Assembly: GCA_963801345.1 (NCBI GenBank)
Contig: CAWDER010000010.1
Span: 61,325-125,324, forward strand
From: Bryobacteraceae bacterium
Lineage (GTDB): Bacteria > Acidobacteriota > Terriglobia > Bryobacterales > Bryobacteraceae
DNA length: 64,000 bases
Reading direction: 5' to 3'
Below, piece by piece: positions 1 to 10,402 of the stretch. The position numbers were made by a program, and so were the translations under genes. The notes under the pieces are model-generated. The model worked only from the letters and a program-made list of their open reading frames with translations. It did not search any database and had not been told where the DNA came from. Within the stretch, counting starts at the first letter, position 1. Every line of letters starts with the position of its first letter.

Positions 1-1343
1 TCGAACCCAAGCCAGGGCAGTTCGACACCACGGTGATGGACACCATCATCAGCCAGGCTCGCGCGCGCGGCGTCCGGTTGGTGCTGCTGTGGTTCGCGAC
101 GTGGAAGAACGGCAGCCAGCACTACATGCCGCAGTGGATGAAGGCGGAGCCCGAGCGCTATTTTCACCTAATCGATAAGAACGGGCGCCCGGCGGATTCG
201 CCATCGCCGTTCTGCACCGCGTCCATGGAGGCGGATGTCCGCGCGTTCACCGCGTTCATGCGCCACCTGAGGGCGTTCGACCCGCAGCGCACGGTCATCC
301 TGGTGCAGGTTCAGAACGAGCCGGGCACCTGGGGCCCCGTGCGGGATTACTCCCCGGTCGCGCAGAAGGTCTTCGAAGCTCCCGTCCCGGCGGCAATCCT
401 CAAGGCGATGAACGCGCAGTCGAGCGGGTCTTCCCCGAACTGGCAGCAAGCCTTTGGCGTCGAAGCGGAGGTGAACTTCCACGCCTGGGCTGTAGCCACC
501 TATATCGAAAAAGTGGCCGCCGCGGGGAAGGCGGTCTATCCGCTTCCGCTTTACGCCAACGCCGCGCTGCGCGATCCCATCAAGCCGGGCGCTCCGGGGA
601 GCTACGAAAGCGGCGGTCCCACGGACAACGTGATTCCCATCTACAAAGTGGCTGCGCCATCGCTGGATATTGTCACGCCCGACATCTACATGAGCGATCC
701 CGCCCAGTACCTGAAGGTGCTGGAGCTGTACCACCGGGACGACAATGCTCTCTTCGTGCCGGAGACCAGCGGCGGCGCGAACGTCTCCCGGTTCTTCTTC
801 TCCGCACTGGGGATGCAGGCGATTGGGTTCGCGCCGTTCGGTTTGGACTACAGCGTAAACCCGGCCCCGCCAGCCGGGGCTCCCGTGCCGGCAGACAACT
901 TCCTCGAGCCGACGGCGCAGAACTACCGGCTGATTGCTCCGATGATGCGGGAGATCGCGCGACTCAATTTCGAGGGCAAGCTGAAGGCGGTTGCGGAAGA
1001 GAAGGGCAAGGTTACGGAGACGCTGCCGTTCGGACTATGGAACGCGGTGGTTTCCTACGGCGCGGCCCGGAACAACCGGGCGGTAGGGAATCCGCAGCCG
1101 ACCGGGCGGGCGCTGGTGGCTCAACTGGGGGACAACCAGTTCCTGGTGGCGGGGCTTTCCGCGCGCGTGGATTTCACTCCGGCCGATGCGGACAAACGGC
1201 GCCAGTTCATGCGGGTCGACGAGGGGACTTACGAAAAGGGGGCCTTCAAGTTCATTCGCATCCTGAACGGGGACGAGACCGACTGGGGGCTCAATTTCCG
1301 CTTGGCGCCGGTAGTATTGCGGGTGTCCCTGGGGGTTTATTAG
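1..1343 (+). CDS. GH35-like beta-galactosidase / DUF5597-type glycoside hydrolase, 5' end outside window
   Basis: The frame is open from base 3 (EPKPGQFDTTV precedes the listed Met at 33). GVRLVLLWFATWKNGSQHYMPQW and VQVQNEPG resemble the TIM-barrel core of this family. Stop at 1341-1343. Confidence 0.6.
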   Translation, partial: EPKPGQFDTTVMDTIISQARARGVRLVLLWFATWKNGSQHYMPQWMKAEPERYFHLIDKNGRPADSPSPFCTASMEADVRAFTAFMRHLRAFDPQRTVILVQVQNEPGTWGPVRDYSPVAQKVFEAPVPAAILKAMNAQSSGSSPNWQQAFGVEAEVNFHAWAVATYIEKVAAAGKAVYPLPLYANAALRDPIKPGAPGSYESGGPTDNVIPIYKVAAPSLDIVTPDIYMSDPAQYLKVLELYHRDDNALFVPETSGGANVSRFFFSALGMQAIGFAPFGLDYSVNPAPPAGAPVPADNFLEPTAQNYRLIAPMMREIARLNFEGKLKAVAEEKGKVTETLPFGLWNAVVSYGAARNNRAVGNPQPTGRALVAQLGDNQFLVAGLSARVDFTPADADKRRQFMRVDEGTYEKGAFKFIRILNGDETDWGLNFRLAPVVLRVSLGVY

Positions 1344-1347
1344 ACTG

Positions 1348-1392
1348 CGTCGACAAGAGTGTCGACGCGGCACGGGGGGGCGCGTGCGCTAC
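1348..1392 (+). repeat. REP-A double-hairpin intergenic repeat, full copy
   Basis: CGTCGACA-AGAG-TGTCGACG CG GCACGGG-GGGG-CGCGTGC GCTAC. Same architecture as the copies at 4082, 8985 and 15495. Confidence 0.85.
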
Positions 1393-1459
1393 GGTGGGAG
1401 TTTACGGGTGTGTCGCACAAGGCTGTGATACTCTGGGCCTAAGGGGGCGGTGAACTCCA

Positions 1460-2323
1460 ATGCAACGCAGGGACTTTATCAAGGCCGGGCTGCTGGCCGG
1501 AGGCGCGCTTGCGGCCGGCCGCACAGCGATTGGCGCGGCCGGAAGTGTAAAGCGGGCCACGGACATTATTACGCTGGGCCCGGACAAGATCCGCCTGTCG
1601 CGGTTGGCGATGGGGACCGGAACCAAGGGGCGCGGCGGGACCACCAATCAGACGCGGCAACTGGGCATCCAGGGGCTGGCCGATTTGCTGCAGGCCGGAT
1701 TCGATAACGGGCTGACCTACATCGACTCGGCCGACGCCTACGGCAGCCACCCGCACGTTAAAGAGGCCTTGAAGCGCATTCCGAGGGAGAAGGTTGTCAT
1801 CATGACGAAGACGCGCTCCCGGACGGAGGAGGCCATGCGGGCCGACCTGGACCGTTTCCGGCAGGAACTGGGGACCGACTATTTGGACATCGTCCTGCTG
1901 CATGCGGAGATGAATCCAAACTGGCCGGAACTTCGCGCGGGCGCGATGGATGTGCTCTCCGAAGCGCGCCAGAAAGGGATCGTACGCACGCACGGGATTT
2001 CATGCCACTCGATCGGGGCTCTGCGGACGGCGGCGAAGACGGACTGGGTACACGTGGACCTGGCGCGCATCAATCCGGACCAGATAATGATGGATGCGGA
2101 CCCGGCGACGGTGATCAGCGTGCTGCGCGAGATGAAGGCCGCGGGCAAGGGCGTCATCGGCATGAAGATTCTAGGGGAAGGCGCGATGCGTGAGCGCGTC
2201 GACGAGGGGCTGCAACATGTCTTGGCGCTCGATTGCGTGGACTGCTTCACCATCGGCGCGGAGACCCGGGAAGAGCAGGCAGACCTGATCAAGCGAATCC
2301 CGGCGAATTCACGGGCGGCATAG
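1460..2323 (+). CDS. aldo/keto reductase with twin-arginine signal peptide
   Basis: 287 aa. N-terminus MQRRDFIKAGLLAGGALAAG is Tat-like. AKR core present (GLTYIDSADAYGSH, DYLDIVLLH). Confidence 0.8.
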   Translation: MQRRDFIKAGLLAGGALAAGRTAIGAAGSVKRATDIITLGPDKIRLSRLAMGTGTKGRGGTTNQTRQLGIQGLADLLQAGFDNGLTYIDSADAYGSHPHVKEALKRIPREKVVIMTKTRSRTEEAMRADLDRFRQELGTDYLDIVLLHAEMNPNWPELRAGAMDVLSEARQKGIVRTHGISCHSIGALRTAAKTDWVHVDLARINPDQIMMDADPATVISVLREMKAAGKGVIGMKILGEGAMRERVDEGLQHVLALDCVDCFTIGAETREEQADLIKRIPANSRAA

Positions 2324-2339
2324 GCGGGAAGCGGACCGA

Positions 2340-3110
2340 TCAGAACTTCTGGAGGCTGCGGAGGAGGACCATGCTGTCGCCGCCACCAGGGATCTCGACG
2401 GAGTCGACGGGCTTCCAGTCTGTGTTCATGGCGCCGATGTAGCGGGCGTTGGTGCGGTCGGGGCCCATGAGGATGAGGGTGTAGGGCTTGTCCTTGAAGC
2501 GCAGGAGGCGGTACTGCAATTCGCCGGTGTCGGAGCGCCAGCGATCCTCGGAGGGAGGTCCGGCATCCAGTTTGCGGACCACGGAGGGGTAGTCGTCAGT
2601 GGCATTGAGCGATAAGGCGTATTGCTCGATGCTTTGGAACTTCACGGGCCGCAGCCAAAAAACCAGCGCCACCAGAATCAGCGCCACGCCGACCACCAGC
2701 ACGCCGCCAATCAAGCGCCCGACTTTCATCTCCGGCCCGGCGGCAAAACGGCTCATAAAGGTGGGAGGCCGGGACTCGTAATGGCGGTCGGGGTCCTGCG
2801 GGTAACTTCTGGGGCGGTTCTGGGGCATCTTCAGCATGCGCCGATCGCGCGGCCAGACGGCGCCGGCCTTGAATTCGAGTTCCTTCTTCAGACCGACGAT
2901 GACGACGGGGTCTTCGGTGCTGGCCACCTCGCCGATGTAGCGGCGGGGGACCCACACCTCGTCGCCGCTTTTGCAATTGCCCACCAGGATCTCGGACCAC
3001 TTCAACTCGCGCACAACCCACTCGTTGTGTTCCACGTTGAGGATGGCCGGATAGAAGGAAAAGCGCCGCTCTCCCAACTCGTCGATGGTCGGCACTATGG
3101 GTTCTGGCAT
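2340..3110 (-). CDS. hypothetical membrane-anchored protein
   Basis: 256-aa ORF with one hydrophobic helix (VGRLIGGVLVVGVALILVALVFWL). No domain I recognise. Confidence 0.55.
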   Translation of the reverse strand: MPEPIVPTIDELGERRFSFYPAILNVEHNEWVVRELKWSEILVGNCKSGDEVWVPRRYIGEVASTEDPVVIVGLKKELEFKAGAVWPRDRRMLKMPQNRPRSYPQDPDRHYESRPPTFMSRFAAGPEMKVGRLIGGVLVVGVALILVALVFWLRPVKFQSIEQYALSLNATDDYPSVVRKLDAGPPSEDRWRSDTGELQYRLLRFKDKPYTLILMGPDRTNARYIGAMNTDWKPVDSVEIPGGGDSMVLLRSLQKF

Positions 3111-3178
3111 AGACCTGCACTCATATTAGCTCAGACGCTCGCGGACCCGGCCGCCGTTACCCGAGGGGCGATTTACGG

Positions 3179-3988
3179 CTACTTCATCTCAGCCGGGATG
3201 GGCAGCGTCACATTGCCTGTCGCGGCCCACTCGGCGCCGCGGGTAAAGGTGGTCACGAAGGCAGGGGTATTCACGGCCGGAGCGTCATGGCCCAGCATGG
3301 TAGCGAACACGCGGCCCTGCCCATATTGCAGCGTCCAGAGCATGGGCTCGTCTTTGCCGGGTCCGGGAATTGGCTGGCGAGCCTTGCCCAGATAGAGGGC
3401 GTGGTCGTCGTAAGCAGTGGCCAGCACGCGATAGGTGCCGGCGGGTTGCCACTTGAGGTTGGCGTAGAGTTCGTCCTTGGGCTGCGGGAAAGACTTCTTG
3501 AGACCGCGCGTGATGGGATGGTCGGCATCCGTAATGTTCACGGTGAAGTCGTGGGCGGCGGAGTGGTGGCCCTGGTTCGGGCGCCAGTTGCCGCCGGACA
3601 TTTTCTCGTACTCTTCCCAGCCGACGAAGGCGGCCACCGCGAAGTGATACATGACGACGCCCTTGCCGGAGCGGGCGAAATCGAGGAGCGCGTTATTGGC
3701 CCGGTCGCCCCAGCGTTGATCGGGCCGCCGGTCCTGGTGGTTGAGCACGACGAGGTCGTAGGGGGCCAGGGTTTCGGGTCCGGCGCCACGAAACTCCTCC
3801 GTGATCCGAACATCAAAGCGGCCGGTAGCCTCGAGGACCTTGCGCAACTCCGGCGTCACGGAACGCCAGTCGTGGGCGTTGTCGCCAGTGATGATCAAGG
3901 TCCGAATTTTGGCCGGCGCCGCCGGTTGCTGCGACAGCAGGGGTACGAACAGAATCGAAGACAGTAGAAGCAGGGCCAGCTTTTTCAT
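3179..3988 (-). CDS. ThuA-like (trehalose utilisation) domain protein, secreted
   Basis: Signal peptide MKKLALLLLSSILFVPLLS, then a ThuA-type core (LIITGDNAHDW, VVMYHFA). The ATG at 3988 follows GGAGGA. The listed TTG at 4000 is less likely. Confidence 0.8.
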   Translation of the reverse strand: MKKLALLLLSSILFVPLLSQQPAAPAKIRTLIITGDNAHDWRSVTPELRKVLEATGRFDVRITEEFRGAGPETLAPYDLVVLNHQDRRPDQRWGDRANNALLDFARSGKGVVMYHFAVAAFVGWEEYEKMSGGNWRPNQGHHSAAHDFTVNITDADHPITRGLKKSFPQPKDELYANLKWQPAGTYRVLATAYDDHALYLGKARQPIPGPGKDEPMLWTLQYGQGRVFATMLGHDAPAVNTPAFVTTFTRGAEWAATGNVTLPIPAEMK

Positions 3989-4081
3989 GCGATCCTCCAA
4001 AGGTTATCGGTGATGCCTGGGATTTCCACTGCGGGTTCCCATTGGCTGACAGTATAGTCCAACACGTGGGGCAAGTCTGGG

Positions 4082-4126
4082 CGTCGACAGGATTGTCGAC
4101 GCGGCACGCGTGGGCGCGCGCGCTAC
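4082..4126 (+). repeat. REP-A double-hairpin intergenic repeat, full copy
   Basis: CGTCGACA-GGAT-TGTCGACG CG GCACGCG-TGGG-CGCGCGC GCTAC. Lies in the divergent region between the ThuA gene and maeB. Confidence 0.85.
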
Positions 4127-4190
4127 AACTCAGACGCGCCACTGCAAGTTGCGAAGGGGCTAAGATCTAGTTTGGAGAGGATTGCACCCC

Positions 4191-6474
4191 ATGGCCATCC
4201 GTAAGGAAGACGCGCTGGAGTACCACGCGTTGCCGACGCCGGGCAAAGTGGCGGTTGTACCCACCAAGCCCTGCAGCACACAGAGGGACCTGAGCCTGGC
4301 GTACACGCCGGGGGTGGCGGTGCCCTGTCTGGAGATCCAGCGCGACCCCGCCTCGATCTACAAGTACACCGCCAAGGGGAATCTGGTGGCGGTGGTGACC
4401 AACGGCACGGCGGTGCTGGGGCTCGGCAACATCGGCGCCGCGGCCGGCAAGCCGGTGATGGAAGGCAAGGCGGTGCTCTTCAAGCGCTTCGCCGATATCG
4501 ACGTCTTCGACCTGGAGCTGGCCACCGAGGATCCGCGCGAAGTTGTGCGCGCCTGCCAGTTGCTCGAGCCGACCTTCGGCGGCATCAACCTGGAGGACAT
4601 CAAGGCGCCGGAGTGCTTCGTGATCGAGGCGGAGCTGAAGCGGACCATGAAGATTCCGGTCTTCCACGACGATCAGCACGGCACGGCGATCATCTCGGGG
4701 GCGGCGCTGTTGAATGCGGTGGAGCTGGCCGGCAAGAAGATCGGCGAAGTGAGGATCGTGTTCAGCGGGGCGGGGGCGGCGGCGCTGTCCTGCGCCGCGC
4801 ACTACGTGCAGTTGGGCGCCCGGCAGCGGAACATCATCATGAGCGATGTGCTGGGGGTGGTCTACAAGGGCCGCACCGAAGGCATGAACCCCTACATGGA
4901 GCGGTTCGCGACGAAGACGGACTGCCGCACGCTGGCCGAGGCCATGGAAGACGCGGACGTGTTCGTGGGGCTCTCGGTGGGCAACGTCGTCACGCCCGAG
5001 ATGCTGAAGACCATGGCGCCCAATCCGGTGATCTTCGCGCTGGCCAACCCGGACCCCGAGATCGCTTACGAAGCGGCCGTCGAGGCGCGCCCGGATGCGA
5101 TCATCGCCACCGGCCGCTCCGATTGCCCCAACCAGGTGAACAACGTGCTGGGCTTCCCGTTCATCTTCCGCGGGGCGCTGGACGTGCGAGCCAAGGCCAT
5201 CAACGAGCCGATGAAGCTGGCCGCCACGCGGGCGCTGGCGGCGCTGGCCAAGGAGGACGTGCCGGATTCCGTGCTGCGCGCCTACGGCGTGGAGCGAATC
5301 GAATTCGGACGCCAGTACATCATTCCGAAGCCTTTCGACCAGCGCGTGCTGATCTCGGTGGCCCCGGCGGTGGCGCAGGCGGCGATGGACAGCGGCGTGG
5401 CGCAGCAGCCGGTGAACATCGAGGAGTATCAGGAGCAGTTGCGCCGCCGTCTGGGCAAAGCGCACGAGGTCATGCGCGTGATGGTCAACAAGGCGCAGCG
5501 CGCGCCGAAACGGGTGGTTTTCCCCGAGGGCGAAGAGGGCAAGATCCTGCGCGCCTGCCAGATCCTGACCGACGAAAGGATCGCCAAGCCCATTCTGCTG
5601 GGCGACGAGGAGCGCATTTGGGCCAAGATCTCCGAGCTGCACCTGCACCTGGACGACGTGGTAGTCGTCGATCCGGCGCGCATGCCGGTGCGGGAGGCCT
5701 ATGCCGAGGAGTTCTTCCAACTGCGCCACCGCAAGGGAGTGACGCGCAGCGAGGCCGCCGAGCTGATCTCCAACCGAAACGTGTTCGGCGCCCTCATGGT
5801 ACACATGGGCGACGCGGACGCGCTCATCAGCGGGCTCACCGAACACTATCCGGATACGCTCCGGCCGGCCCTGCAAGTGCTGGCGGTGCGGCCGGGGCTG
5901 CGCAGGGTCAGCGGTCTGTACGTGTTGATCACCAGCAAGGGCGGCCTGTTCTTCCTGGCCGACACGACGGTGAATATCGAGCCGGACCCGGAAGACCTGG
6001 CCGAGATTGCCATCACTACGGCGGAGATGGCGCGGCGCTTCGACGTCGAGCCGCGGGTGGCGATGCTGTCGTTCTCCAATTTCGGCAGCACGCGCCATCC
6101 GCTGGCGGCGAAGGTCCGCCGGGCGACGGAGATCGTGCGCCAGAGGATGCCGGGCCTGATGATCGACGGCGAGATGCAGGCCGACACGGCCGTGATGCCG
6201 GAGATCATCGATCAGACGTACGCCTTCAGCAGCCTGAAGGGAGGGGCGAATGTGCTGATCTTCCCGAACCTGGAAGCGGGCAACATCGCCTACAAGCTGC
6301 TGATGCGGATTGGCGGAGTGCGAGGCCATCGGCCCCATTCTGATGGGACTATCCAAGCCGGTACACATTCTGCAGCGCGGCTCTGAAGTTAATGAGATCG
6401 TGAATATGGCCGCCATCGCGGTGGTGGACGCGCAGGAGAGTAAGTCGCGGTCGTTGTTTGAGGCGAAGGCATAG
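4191..6474 (+). CDS. maeB: NADP-dependent malic enzyme, MaeB type (malic enzyme plus PTA-like domain), with apparent +1 frame disruption near 6318
   Basis: Strong full-length similarity ([35 protein letters not shown]). The listed ORF ends in junk at 6386. The conserved C-terminus [39 protein letters not shown] continues in the +1 frame to a TAG at 6472-6474. The ATG at 4191 follows GGAGAGG. Confidence 0.9.
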
Positions 6475-6533
6475 GAACTTGGACACGGCGGGAGAGGTGA
6501 TAAGACCGCTCCCTTACGGTCGCGGCTCTGTAA

Positions 6534-6941
6534 TTAGTCGATTCCAAGGGTTTCCAGATGCGCTTCGAGGTCGGCGGGGCGCACTTGGACTTCGGCCTGC
6601 ATTTGGCTGGGGGTGGGCCTCTCGTCGAAGGCCTGGAACAGAGCCATCTTGACCACGGCGTAGCGTTCGGCGGCGGCCAGGGGGCGTGAGTGTCTCTGCT
6701 CCCAGGATTCCACTGCGCCATCTGCGACGAAGACCGGCACCTGGAAGAAGGTCTTCGTATCCGCGGCAGCCTCAAAGACGTATTCGACGCCGGTGACTCC
6801 GTCGCTCGAGGCAGGACGATGCCCCCGGTAGAAATAGCGGTAGACGTAGCCAGTTTGGGCAGAGTAGTTTTTCTGGCGGGGTACGGGGGGGGCGCCCGCC
6901 AGCGGTGGTGGAATCTTCGGATGCGGGGACCAGAGAGGCAC
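6534..6941 (-). CDS. hypothetical protein
   Basis: 135-aa ORF packed between maeB and the PQQ dehydrogenase gene. No recognisable domain. Confidence 0.45.
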   Translation of the reverse strand: MPLWSPHPKIPPPLAGAPPVPRQKNYSAQTGYVYRYFYRGHRPASSDGVTGVEYVFEAAADTKTFFQVPVFVADGAVESWEQRHSRPLAAAERYAVVKMALFQAFDERPTPSQMQAEVQVRPADLEAHLETLGID

Positions 6942-6946
6942 TGGAT

Positions 6947-8764
6947 CTATCTTACCGGCACCGTCACCGCCGGAGCGCCGACCCCTCCGGCCGACAGAAC
7001 CAGATCCTGCAAGCCAGCCGGGGCCTCGGGCGGAACGCGGAAGTTCACCTGGTAGACACCCACCAGCGCCGGTGCGAGTCCGGCGAAGGGCACTTCGCAG
7101 TTCAGACCCGCCAGACTCACCCGCGCGCCGGCCAACGCCGTGGCCAGCGGGGAGATGGGCCCTCCGCTTCCTGTCGCGGGCTGGTTCGCAACGCGGCCGA
7201 GCCCCGTCGCGTATACGAAGGCGAACTCTCCTCTCACGAGCGGGCGTTCCCCGGTCACCAGTGTGTAGTCCGCGGCGTGGACCACGATCGCGCGCACGCC
7301 GTCGCTGGTGTAGACCGCGGGCTGGAGTTCGAGTACGGGCACTCCGGCCGCGGTGCTCACCGCACCGTCGCGCGCCACCGCGACCGAGGCCGCCGCCGAA
7401 CCGGCGATCTCGAAGGGCACCTGAAAATTGACCTGTTCCACTCCATTGACATTGGCCACTGCCAGAACCGGCGCGGGGCGCCCGTCTACCGATACCGAGA
7501 CGCCGTTCAGGCTGGACGGGAGTGGAATCCGCTCCGCCCCAACGATGCCCGGATCGTCCAACACGCCCGCTGCGAACACCGCTGCGAACGACCCCGCCGT
7601 CATCCCCGGGGCGTAGCTCGCGGGATTGACTACGGATGCGGCCGCAAAGCGCGGCGCGCGGCTGCCGGTGATGCGGTGGATGGTGCCGTTGCCGGCGTTC
7701 GCGACGTATATCTCCCCGGCTTCATCTTCGCCGAAGGTGCTGATTGAAAATCCGGAAGAAAGCAGCAGCCGGTTCACCCACTGCGTACCCTGGCGCTCCA
7801 CTCCCCAGATCCGGCCGCTGCAATAGTCGCCGTAAAGGAATATGCCGCGCAGGCCCGGCGAGACCCGCCCGCGATAGACGAACCCGCCGGTCACCGAACA
7901 GCCTTCCGCGTGGGTGTACTCGGCCACCGGAAGGGTCAGGTCCTGCGTGCCGCACCCGGCGACGAAGCAGTGCGCGCCCTCCATCCGGTTCCAGCCGTAG
8001 TTCTCGCCGCCGTGGCTCGAGGCGGGCTGAAAATCCACTTCCTCATAGGTGTTCTGCCCCACGTCGGCGATCCACAGATCGCCCGTCGCGCGGTCGAAGG
8101 AGAACCGCCAGGGATTGCGGAGTCCGTAGGCCCAGATTTCGGCCCGCGCGCCGGCGGTGTTCACGAAGGGGTTGCCGGGCGGGATGCGCACGCGCCCCGG
8201 ATCGCCCTCTACGTCGATGCGCAGCAGTTTGCCTAGCAGCGTCCCCAAGCTCTGGCCATTGTTTAGCGGGTCGCCCCCGGAACCGCCGTCGCCCATCCCG
8301 ATGTAGAGATAACCGTCCGGGCCGAAGCGCAACTGGCCGCCGTTGTGGTTGGCGAACGGTTGCGGGATATGGAGGAGCACGATTTCGCTCGCCGGATCGG
8401 CGGCGTCGGGATTCGCCGAAACCTGGTACTGCGCGATCACCGTGTCGCCGTTGAGGTCCGTGTAGTCCACGTAGAAGCGCCGCGCTTGTGCGAATCCGGG
8501 CGGGAAGGCGAGCCCCAGGAGTCCCCGCTCACCGCCGGCGCTGGTCTTGCCGCTGATGTCCAAAAATGGCTGCGGCGCGAGCGTGCCATCCCGCAAGATG
8601 CGCACGATCCCATTCTGCTGCGCCAGAAACAGACGTCCCGAACCGTCGCCGGCGTTCTGGATGTCCGTGGGCGCAGGGACGCCCGACGTCACCTGTACGG
8701 TCTGAATCTCCTGCGCCAAGACAAGTTGCGCGAGCACAATCCCAGTTGCGGCAAGCATCCGCAT
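6947..8764 (-). CDS. PQQ-dependent sugar (glucose/sorbosone) dehydrogenase with Solibacter-type C-terminal domain
   Basis: 605 aa with a signal peptide. Beta-propeller motifs present (NHNGGQLRFGPDGYLYIGMGDGG, ENYGWNRMEG). The C-terminal ~220 aa (ASYAPG...QVNFQVPFE...VGVYQVNFRVP) resemble TIGR03437, as I recall that family. Confidence 0.85.
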   Translation of the reverse strand: MRMLAATGIVLAQLVLAQEIQTVQVTSGVPAPTDIQNAGDGSGRLFLAQQNGIVRILRDGTLAPQPFLDISGKTSAGGERGLLGLAFPPGFAQARRFYVDYTDLNGDTVIAQYQVSANPDAADPASEIVLLHIPQPFANHNGGQLRFGPDGYLYIGMGDGGSGGDPLNNGQSLGTLLGKLLRIDVEGDPGRVRIPPGNPFVNTAGARAEIWAYGLRNPWRFSFDRATGDLWIADVGQNTYEEVDFQPASSHGGENYGWNRMEGAHCFVAGCGTQDLTLPVAEYTHAEGCSVTGGFVYRGRVSPGLRGIFLYGDYCSGRIWGVERQGTQWVNRLLLSSGFSISTFGEDEAGEIYVANAGNGTIHRITGSRAPRFAAASVVNPASYAPGMTAGSFAAVFAAGVLDDPGIVGAERIPLPSSLNGVSVSVDGRPAPVLAVANVNGVEQVNFQVPFEIAGSAAASVAVARDGAVSTAAGVPVLELQPAVYTSDGVRAIVVHAADYTLVTGERPLVRGEFAFVYATGLGRVANQPATGSGGPISPLATALAGARVSLAGLNCEVPFAGLAPALVGVYQVNFRVPPEAPAGLQDLVLSAGGVGAPAVTVPVR

Positions 8765-8984
8765 GGCCCTGCCCCCCTTGTTTTCATTTTCGCACTCTTG
8801 GCGGACACTGCCGAATAACCCCGTTCCAGTGGGGTTACCTGCATCAACTGGTGATGTCAGAACTTACCGGTGGTGACTTAGCAAATTACTCTGAGGGGCG
8901 GCCTGTGGGCTCGCCGCAGGAAAGCCGTGCGGCACTGGACGGAATTCGCGGGGAACCGCACCTTTGAAGACGCGGACAAAAACA

Positions 8985-9029
8985 CGTCGACACGAGTGTC
9001 GACGCGGCACGCGTGGGCGCGTGCGCTAC
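8985..9029 (+). repeat. REP-A double-hairpin intergenic repeat, full copy
   Basis: CGTCGACA-CGAG-TGTCGACG CG GCACGCG-TGGG-CGCGTGC GCTAC. Confidence 0.85.
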
Positions 9030-9065
9030 GTGGAGGCTGCCGCACTACGGTAGAATCGCAAGGGC

Positions 9066-9941
9066 ATGGGCAAGTTGGTTTTGGCGGCGGCGGTCGTGGC
9101 GTGCGGGATTGCCGCGGGGCAGGAGCAACGCGCGCCGCTGGTCAACGCCGGCGCTCCGATGCGGGTCGAACTCGAGTGCGCGCCGAGCGACCTGGAAGCC
9201 CTGGGGCTGGCTTGTCCGCCGGGTTCCCCGTGCGAGGCATACCTGGAGCTTTCCGCGGTCGAGTCCGCCGGTGCGCGGGTCTTCGTGATGGGCAACATCC
9301 ACACGGATTCCGTGACGATGCAGTCCATTCTGCTGGCGACTTCGGATTCGGCGAAGACGTGGAACGAACCATACGCGCGGGTTCGCGGCGCCGCGCTCGA
9401 CCGGGTTCAGTTCTTCGACAGCGAGACCGGCTGGATCGGCGGACAGGTCGTGCAACCCCTGCCGCGCGATCCGTTCCTGCTCAAGACCACCAACGGGGGG
9501 GAGACCTGGCGGCGCTACCCGGTCTTTTCCGAAAGCCGGCCGGCGGCGGTGGATTGGTTCCGGTTTGACTCGACGACCAGCGGCTTGCTGTGGATCGACC
9601 GCGGATTCTCCGGCGAGCCCGGGGGGCGGTATGAGCGGTATGAGTCGGCGACCGGCGGCGAGAGTTGGATGCTGCGGGAGGCGGTCAACCGTGCGCCCAC
9701 CGAGCCGGCCGCTCGACGGGTGCAGGCCGTGTGGCGCCTGCGCCCCGATGGCGCGGCGCGGGCCTACCGGCTCGAGAGATCCGCGGAAGGGAAATGGCTC
9801 ACGGCGGCTTCCTTTCTCATTTCCCTGGGACAGTGCAAAACAGAGCCAGGCGCGCTTGCCGAGCCCCCGCCGGAACCGGCCCCGGAGACGCCCGCCGCGC
9901 CGGGCGGAAAGCGGCCGCCCGCCCCCCGCACCAAGAAATAG
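9066..9941 (+). CDS. secreted protein with BNR/Ycf48-like repeats and Pro-rich tail
   Basis: Signal peptide MGKLVLAAAVVACGIAAG. Three SxxxxxW-type repeats (SDSAKTW, TNGGETW, ATGGESW). Confidence 0.6.
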   Translation: MGKLVLAAAVVACGIAAGQEQRAPLVNAGAPMRVELECAPSDLEALGLACPPGSPCEAYLELSAVESAGARVFVMGNIHTDSVTMQSILLATSDSAKTWNEPYARVRGAALDRVQFFDSETGWIGGQVVQPLPRDPFLLKTTNGGETWRRYPVFSESRPAAVDWFRFDSTTSGLLWIDRGFSGEPGGRYERYESATGGESWMLREAVNRAPTEPAARRVQAVWRLRPDGAARAYRLERSAEGKWLTAASFLISLGQCKTEPGALAEPPPEPAPETPAAPGGKRPPAPRTKK

Positions 9942-9970
9942 CCTGGGCGGGGGGTGCGGGATCGGTTATT

Positions 9971-10402
9971 ATGGTGAGTCGCCTCCGACAGAATTTGGAC
10001 GCCCCAACACAGATCGCCGTGCCAGAACGCAAATCGTTTCACTTCAGCTCCCGCCAGTCCATCGCCCTGGTGTTCCTGTGCACCGTATTCGGGGCCGCGG
10101 CGCAGATCTTCTTCAAGTTCGGGGCAAATGCACTGGTGAGCGGGAACCCGCTGGCGATGATAAAGAGCGTACCGCTGTTGGCGGGATGCAGTCTCTATGG
10201 GATCAGCACGGGCTTGCTGGTGCTCGCCCTCAAGGACGGAGAACTTTCGATTCTGTATCCTGTGATTTCGCTCACCTACATCTGGGTTATGTTCCTCTCC
10301 CTGGCGTTCTTCAAAGAATCGATGAGCGCCTACCGGCTGCTGGGGGTGCTGATCATTGTGGCGGGCGTGGCGCTCATCGGCAAGGACACCCGGCGACCAT
10401 GA
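9971..10402 (+). CDS. small DMT/SMR-like membrane transporter subunit (EamA/ArnE-like)
   Basis: The in-frame ATG at 9971 avoids overlap with the upstream gene. About four hydrophobic helices. Its stop overlaps the next start (ATGA). Confidence 0.65.
   Translation: MVSRLRQNLDAPTQIAVPERKSFHFSSRQSIALVFLCTVFGAAAQIFFKFGANALVSGNPLAMIKSVPLLAGCSLYGISTGLLVLALKDGELSILYPVISLTYIWVMFLSLAFFKESMSAYRLLGVLIIVAGVALIGKDTRRP

Noticed and set aside
4167-6416. 749-aa ORF antisense to maeB. Similar very long ORFs are listed at 43739-46441, 51995-55825, 56767-60084 (N-terminal part) and 57538-59886.
   Set aside because: These ORFs have Arg/Gly/Pro/His-rich low-complexity translations. They lie opposite to, or run through, genes with strong homology. 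This is the usual stop-codon scarcity of GC-rich DNA, not coding sequence.
9665-10402. The 245-aa version of the first small transporter, and the 394-aa ORF 9565-10749.
   Set aside because: The N-terminal extensions overlap the 3' half of the upstream gene in another frame and translate to Arg/Gly/Ala-rich junk. The internal ATG at 9971 and the ATG at 10399 give compact 4-TM proteins.
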